64,000 nt of DNA from Spirochaetaceae bacterium (GTDB lineage Bacteria; Spirochaetota; Spirochaetia; DSM-2461), in contig OZ245056.1 of the NCBI GenBank assembly GCA_965224705.1, forward strand, positions 1,472,001 to 1,536,000, read 5' to 3'. The position numbers and the translations under genes were made by a program. Within the stretch, counting starts at the first letter, position 1. Every line of letters starts with the position of its first letter. The notes below the pieces were generated by a model, which saw nothing but the letters and a program-made list of their open reading frames with translations, did no database searches and had not been told where the DNA came from. This document shows positions 59,065 to 64,000 of the stretch, in pieces.

Positions 59065-61521
59065 TTATTTGCAAAAACAACAATTCAGAAATGTCAATAG
59101 CAACATGGACGTTGATTGGCGTCTCCTATTCCTCGTTGATAATTCGTTTATACAGAACCGGATTCTTTCGAATTCTCCTCGAGATTTTCGCTGATAGGCC
59201 CTTGATTTCCTTCCGGTTTGCTTTCTCTTTCTCATCCTCCAATAGCTCGCAACGAAGGAAAAATTCTTCAAGTAATAATATGTCAGGATAGGTCTTAAAT
59301 ACCTCATCATTGTCGGCCAGATAATCTAGCTTGCCGTTATATGCAAGCAGTAAAGATACAACTAATAGGGAAATTGCGACATTTCTGTCAGTAATGTCTT
59401 TCGCCTTCAATGCGTCATGCACAGACTCGTAGATTTCTGTTAAGTATTTTGATCTGTAATGTAATGCGAACACTTCCATTAGCATTATATATTTAAGCAA
59501 CTTGGGTATTTTGAACTCCTCTGGGATGCTCGAAATGAAATCTTCGATACTATTTGCATACTCCGAGATTGACGCCTGCATCAGATCTTTACGAACACTC
59601 GCATCGGTTTTATAGGATGATTGAATTAAGTATCCAAAGTTCAACAGGTGAAGGAGCTTTTTTTCATCATTGAGATCCGACACTCGACCATATACTTGCT
59701 TTAGGAGATCTTCGTTTTCCTTACGAATGCCACAATAGAAATAAACAACCTGATCCCACCATCCCGATGGTAACAATTTTACGATATCGTTGATATCAGA
59801 TTTCAACGATATCTTTTTGGCGAAGAAATATTCTTGAAAGGATAAATGCCTGAACTCAAATTCCTCGTGCTCGTTCTGGCACAAAAGGTTGGTGTGATTA
59901 ACAAGTTCATCAAGCATTTTTTTCGTATCAAATGTTCTTCCGAGACGTTTTGAAGTCGTTCTAAATACCTCTTGAACTTCCTTTTCGGGACACGACAGTA
60001 CATTCTTCTGATGCATAAAAAAAGCCAAATCCTCTAAGAAAGTTTCTTTGTCGTTGGCTTTATAGAAGGATTCTACTCGTCTATCTAGATTCCATTTTCC
60101 TAATAGCAGATCCGTAAACATAGAGTACAATTCGGATAGATTTGACGGTATTTCAACGTTACTATCTGCATCAAAGAGTATAGCAAGTAAAGTAATAACC
60201 AATGGTGTGTTTGGAAGCTTGTCGAGGAGATTGTGATCCTTGAGATGCTCAACAAGTCTCTCTTTTTTGTTGGAAAACCATTTCCTCACGAAAGAACTAA
60301 TTTGCCGCATGGAGAAGTCGCCAACTTTCCAGGTTCTGTATTCTGATAGAGGATTAGTGGTCTGGAATTTATTGTTTCGCGAAGTTACTACTATGGTGTC
60401 AGCTATCTCTTCTATGTATTCAAGCATTGAGAAGAATGCATCCTTCTCGTTTTGTAGTGTTAATTCATCATAACCGTCAAGAAACACAATAATTTTGTTT
60501 TCGTTGAAGAGCTTATCCAATTCAGTAACGGAAATTGATTGCTCTTTGCTTACATACTCTTTGATGTGTTTTTCTGGAGTGCCTTTAAATTCCCGAACTA
60601 GGTTCTTCAATTTTATCAGTAATGGTATACGACCGACATTCTTAATCTCATAATCTGCGACAAGTCGAAGAGTTAGTGACCTCAAAAGTGTAGTCTTTCC
60701 TGCACCGGCATTCCCTTTAACTAAATAGTGTCCAGGTTTCTCAATCAGTTTTACCAAAGTAGATTTTGTATGTTTTACAGCTGGTTTCTTGTTCTCTATG
60801 ACCTCTTCTTTTCTTATTAGCTTAGGTTCTATGAAAATATCGGAAATTTTCCGTTCTTTCCCGTCATACAAAGAGATGTTATTTAATTCGTTTAATGATT
60901 CACACCTTGTCTTTAGTTGATGAAAATATCTTGATAGTGCTCCGCTTGATACTACATATGCCTCCGGCAGATATATGTCTAGATATCCAATAAGTTCATT
61001 CGTGTCAATATATTCTATATTCGAGAATTTTAGTTGATCTGCCATGTTTACAAAGGCTTCCCGTGCGGAATTGCTGATATTTCCGGAAGATGTCACAATA
61101 ATTGAATTAAAATGCACCTTCTTTTTTTCGAGAAGACTGTCATAGCCTGAATTAATCGTCATTCTGATCTGCTTTTCTACGTTAGCAATGATTTCCTTGT
61201 CCTTTGCACTTGTAGCATTGGTAATATCATCTTTCTTAACGATGACCGCCGTATATTCGTGTCGGTTAAATTTGTTTTTCGAAACAAGAACGATATCCTT
61301 TCCTTTTTCATCGTTCCCATGAGTATCAATCACCGCTTGGAATTCCATATTTCTAAAGAGGGGAATTAAGACTTCCTTGCGGAGGTAATTCTCGTTGGGA
61401 ATGTTCTTCAGGAATGCTGCTTTTTGTGATTGATTCAAGTTCATCTCGTTCTCCTACTTATTCAATACTTAAGTTGAGCTAAGGAAGGCGAGGCTGGAAA
61501 GATTCTGTTTTTGCAAATAAC
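59065..61521. mobile_element. Cassette-like unit bounded by a 15-bp inverted repeat (attC-like)
   Basis: TTATTTGCAAAAACA (59065-59079) and TGTTTTTGCAAATAA-C (61506-61521). Confidence 0.5.
59126..61444 (-). CDS. NACHT NTPase with an N-terminal Mrr-like restriction-endonuclease domain
   Basis: THG.DEKGKDIV...VIVK, GNAGAGKTT, FLDGYDE, TSR, TPL, F.HLSFQEYF; visibly AT-rich. Confidence 0.85.
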   Translation of the reverse strand: MNLNQSQKAAFLKNIPNENYLRKEVLIPLFRNMEFQAVIDTHGNDEKGKDIVLVSKNKFNRHEYTAVIVKKDDITNATSAKDKEIIANVEKQIRMTINSGYDSLLEKKKVHFNSIIVTSSGNISNSAREAFVNMADQLKFSNIEYIDTNELIGYLDIYLPEAYVVSSGALSRYFHQLKTRCESLNELNNISLYDGKERKISDIFIEPKLIRKEEVIENKKPAVKHTKSTLVKLIEKPGHYLVKGNAGAGKTTLLRSLTLRLVADYEIKNVGRIPLLIKLKNLVREFKGTPEKHIKEYVSKEQSISVTELDKLFNENKIIVFLDGYDELTLQNEKDAFFSMLEYIEEIADTIVVTSRNNKFQTTNPLSEYRTWKVGDFSMRQISSFVRKWFSNKKERLVEHLKDHNLLDKLPNTPLVITLLAILFDADSNVEIPSNLSELYSMFTDLLLGKWNLDRRVESFYKANDKETFLEDLAFFMHQKNVLSCPEKEVQEVFRTTSKRLGRTFDTKKMLDELVNHTNLLCQNEHEEFEFRHLSFQEYFFAKKISLKSDINDIVKLLPSGWWDQVVYFYCGIRKENEDLLKQVYGRVSDLNDEKKLLHLLNFGYLIQSSYKTDASVRKDLMQASISEYANSIEDFISSIPEEFKIPKLLKYIMLMEVFALHYRSKYLTEIYESVHDALKAKDITDRNVAISLLVVSLLLAYNGKLDYLADNDEVFKTYPDILLLEEFFLRCELLEDEKEKANRKEIKGLSAKISRRIRKNPVLYKRIINEE

Positions 61522-61614
61522 GACCCAAGCTTATCTGACGCTCAGTGTCCAGTGTAGCTGATCGGCGGCAATTCTGCAACCGCAAAATGGATGACAAAAC
61601 TGAATGTGTGCGAA

Positions 61615-62287
61615 GTGTGCCCAACATGACCAATATCCAGCGGGTGAAAATCCCACAAAGCCCTGATGGGGAGTATTTCAAACTTCATTGAAAAGAAACT
61701 GAAACTCGTTGTCAACGAGGAGAAGAGTAAGACAGAAAAGGCCGATGTTATCAAGTTTCTGGGTATGACTATTGTGGCCGGAATGATCACGATTTCGTCG
61801 GTGTCAATGAGCAGAGCCAATGATATGCTTTGTGAATTGATTCCCAGACGGACGAATCAGTCTATTGAGGCTACAGTGGAAAAGCTGAATATCTGGTACC
61901 GGGGCTGGAGCGGATATTACGGTATGACCGAAGATAAGCGCCAGCTTCAAAGGGTGGAAGCCCATGCCAGAAGGCGATTGAGATCCCGAATAGTGTATGA
62001 GCACAAGAGGCCCCGAAATCTGAAACGCACCCTGTTAAAAAGGGGAGTATCAGAGTATGCGGCCAATCGAATTATCAACAATAAGGGTATCTGGGCGACT
62101 TCAAGGAGTCCGGCTATGCACAAAGCTTTTCCCAATCGCTATTTCATTGAAGAACTCGGGCAGTTTATCTATTCAGCCTGAGACTGAAAGAAATTGGACA
62201 CATGCATGAGGAGCCGTGTACGGACCCGTACGCACGGTTCTGTGAGAGGACGGCATCCCTGCTTTCGCAGGGTGCCTCCTACTCGAT
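61615..62287 (+). mobile_element. Internally deleted class C-like group II intron
   Basis: 5' end GTGTGCCC..CATG...GGGTGAAAATCCC; short domain V at 62211-62240; domain VI with bulged A at 62281; ends ACTCGAT. Confidence 0.85.
61666..62181 (+). pseudogene. C-terminal fragment of a group II intron RT/maturase
   Basis: LKLVVNEEKS, KFLG, LN.WYRGWSGYY, RRRLR; RT domains including YADD are missing. Confidence 0.88.
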
Positions 62288-62376
62288 GCGTAGCTGGGCT
62301 ACGTGAGTATTTTGGCAACGCAGCAGCAGGGGAAAAGGGCAAAAATCGAGCCGTGAGGCGTAAGTCCGACAGACTC
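62288..62376. mobile_element. Right half of a MITE-A
   Basis: GCGTAGCTGGGCTACGTGAG...AAGTCCGACAGACTC begins immediately after the intron 3' end. Confidence 0.85.
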
Positions 62377-62589
62377 CATGACCGCTGTCTACGCTTCGCA
62401 TGACACCTCACGATGACACACTTAAAGACTCGCTTCTGCCTGCATGGCCAGTGCCTTAACAGATGGGATTGATGCCCATCAGGTTGTAAAAGAAGTTTCT
62501 GTAACTAAAATCCTATTCTCCAGACTTCCTCTCCTTACTAGCTTTCATAGCGCACTTTGTGATAATTTCTTGTTCGTGGGGAATGTCTA

Positions 62590-64000
62590 TTATGAATCAT
62601 AAAAAACCGCCAGTTCCCTGCCCTTAAAACCTGCCCCCAGAACAAGCAGGCGCTGCGGATGCCACTTTTCCCTTACTCCGTCCAGGTATTTTTCTACTGC
62701 CTGGGTATGGGCTTCCCGGGCTAAATCTTCCAGGGCTTTGCCGTCCTTCACATTCCCATGCTTGAATTCCAGCAGGACGGCTTCCTCGGCCTGGGCCGGA
62801 TTGCTTCCCTTCTTGATCACCACGATGTCCGGACGGCCTTCACCGTATTCCCGGTTGCTCTCAACGGTATACGCCGGGCTCAGGCAGGCCAGAAGACCCA
62901 GTACCAGGCCGTGGTAGAAGTTCTCCCGTCTGGATTCCTCGTCCTCCCACTCCTCTTTACTCCTGGCCGTATCATGGTAGCTGGCCAAGCCGCGAAGAAT
63001 TCGGGACAGTCCCCGTTCTATGTGCCGGGGACTGGCTTCCTGTATGCCGGTGACGAAGTCCGTGAAGTGTTCGTTTATCTTGATATCTTCCTTAAGCCAG
63101 CGGGAAATAACGGTAATCCAGGCGGTTTCCACTTCCAGGTTGGGAATGGCAAGCCGCCATGTTATGAGCCTGTGTTCCTGCTGTCTTTCGGAGGCTTTCA
63201 GGTAGCCGCTGTGGAGTAGAAAGCTCCATACAACATCGGGGTCGCTTTCTATCTGAGGGTAGGGAATGTTGGTCAGCAGGGGTTTGCGGACTTCCTCCTT
63301 CCGCAGGAGTCTTTCTATGGTCATTTTGGCTTCCCGGCGGTCTAACTGGATGACATCCTTGATCAGCCTGTTGTCGCTGGTGCCTATCCAGTGGGGTTTC
63401 AGTCCGGCTCTGGGGCGGCTAAGAAAACTGACGATGCTCCAGGGGTTGTAGATAACGGTGTCCTCGCCGAAGAGGTAGCCGTTGTACCATTCTCTTATGC
63501 CCTCCATCTCGTCTTCCAGTCCAAAGTAGGCGGCCATGGTTTCCACTTCGGATTCTGTGAACCCGAAAGTGTCTTCAATTTCCGGGTCCAGCAATGTACT
63601 GACCCTGGGATTGTTAAAGTCGCTGAATATACTTTCCTGAGCAACTTTCAATATGCCGATCACCACGGCCTGTTTCAGGTGGGGGTTGTCCTTGAAGGTC
63701 TGCACCATGAAGCTGCGGATAAAGGTGATCATCTGGTCGTAGTACTTATCCACATGGGCCGAATGCAGGGGGGTGTCGTACTCGTCGAGAAGGATGTAGG
63801 GTGGTTTGCCGTAGGCCCGGTGGAGCCAGGCGGAAAGGTATTTGATGGACTGGGCATAGTCGCCGTCCGCAGCATTTCTGTTCTGAATTTCCGTATAGTA
63901 TTGTATTTTTGATTCATCAAAAAACTCACTTTCAAGAAGATAGTTATGTCTCTCAAATTCATCTGCGATGACTGACTTCACTAAATCCATACTTTCTTCT
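62590..64000 (-). CDS. AAA-ATPase-like + PD-(D/E)XK nuclease, paralog 3 (5' end outside the window)
   Basis: LLDEYDTP, YNPWS, ENFYHGLVLGLL, SNREYGEGRPD, LEFK. Confidence 0.92.
   Translation of the reverse strand, partial: EESMDLVKSVIADEFERHNYLLESEFFDESKIQYYTEIQNRNAADGDYAQSIKYLSAWLHRAYGKPPYILLDEYDTPLHSAHVDKYYDQMITFIRSFMVQTFKDNPHLKQAVVIGILKVAQESIFSDFNNPRVSTLLDPEIEDTFGFTESEVETMAAYFGLEDEMEGIREWYNGYLFGEDTVIYNPWSIVSFLSRPRAGLKPHWIGTSDNRLIKDVIQLDRREAKMTIERLLRKEEVRKPLLTNIPYPQIESDPDVVWSFLLHSGYLKASERQQEHRLITWRLAIPNLEVETAWITVISRWLKEDIKINEHFTDFVTGIQEASPRHIERGLSRILRGLASYHDTARSKEEWEDEESRRENFYHGLVLGLLACLSPAYTVESNREYGEGRPDIVVIKKGSNPAQAEEAVLLEFKHGNVKDGKALEDLAREAHTQAVEKYLDGVREKWHPQRLLVLGAGFKGRELAVFYDS

Noticed and set aside
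5702..62376. CRISPR array from the recurring GTCCGACAGACTC repeats
   Set aside because: The repeats are dispersed and inverted with target duplications (MITE ends), there are no regular spacers, and no cas genes are present.

Overview
This is a 64-kb bacterial chromosome segment, most consistent with a free-living or host-associated spirochaete (spirochaete-style solute-binding-protein signal peptides, a STAS-Zn-ribbon protein, an MCP, many leaderless genes). From left to right it holds: a peptidoglycan-scavenging cluster (C39-like peptidase, two nagZ copies, namZ, murQ/GKRP-like, alr, M20, lysA); a housekeeping block (ABC-F, GNAT-histidine kinase fusion, U32, MCP, LonC-like, Nif3, lspA, parAB, add); two paralogous secreted caspase + GLUG + beta-barrel genes; a GH38 sugar ABC operon with LacI; and a mobile-element-rich end (IS1182, decayed IS1634 and IS630, a cassette-like REase-NACHT gene, an internally deleted class C group II intron). 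Four things stand out. (i) Both complete AAA-ATPase/PD-(D/E)XK genes lie between ~2-kb direct duplications of neighbouring genes. (ii) The caspase-barrel paralogs are invariant in the protease domain but hypervariable in the predicted surface loops. (iii) The NACHT gene is bounded by a 15-bp attC-like inverted repeat, and the intron sits in that site. (iv) At least four MITE families are present; two share one internal core under different termini, and one has its autonomous IS1182 partner in the window. All calls are from reading the sequence by eye; no searches were run.
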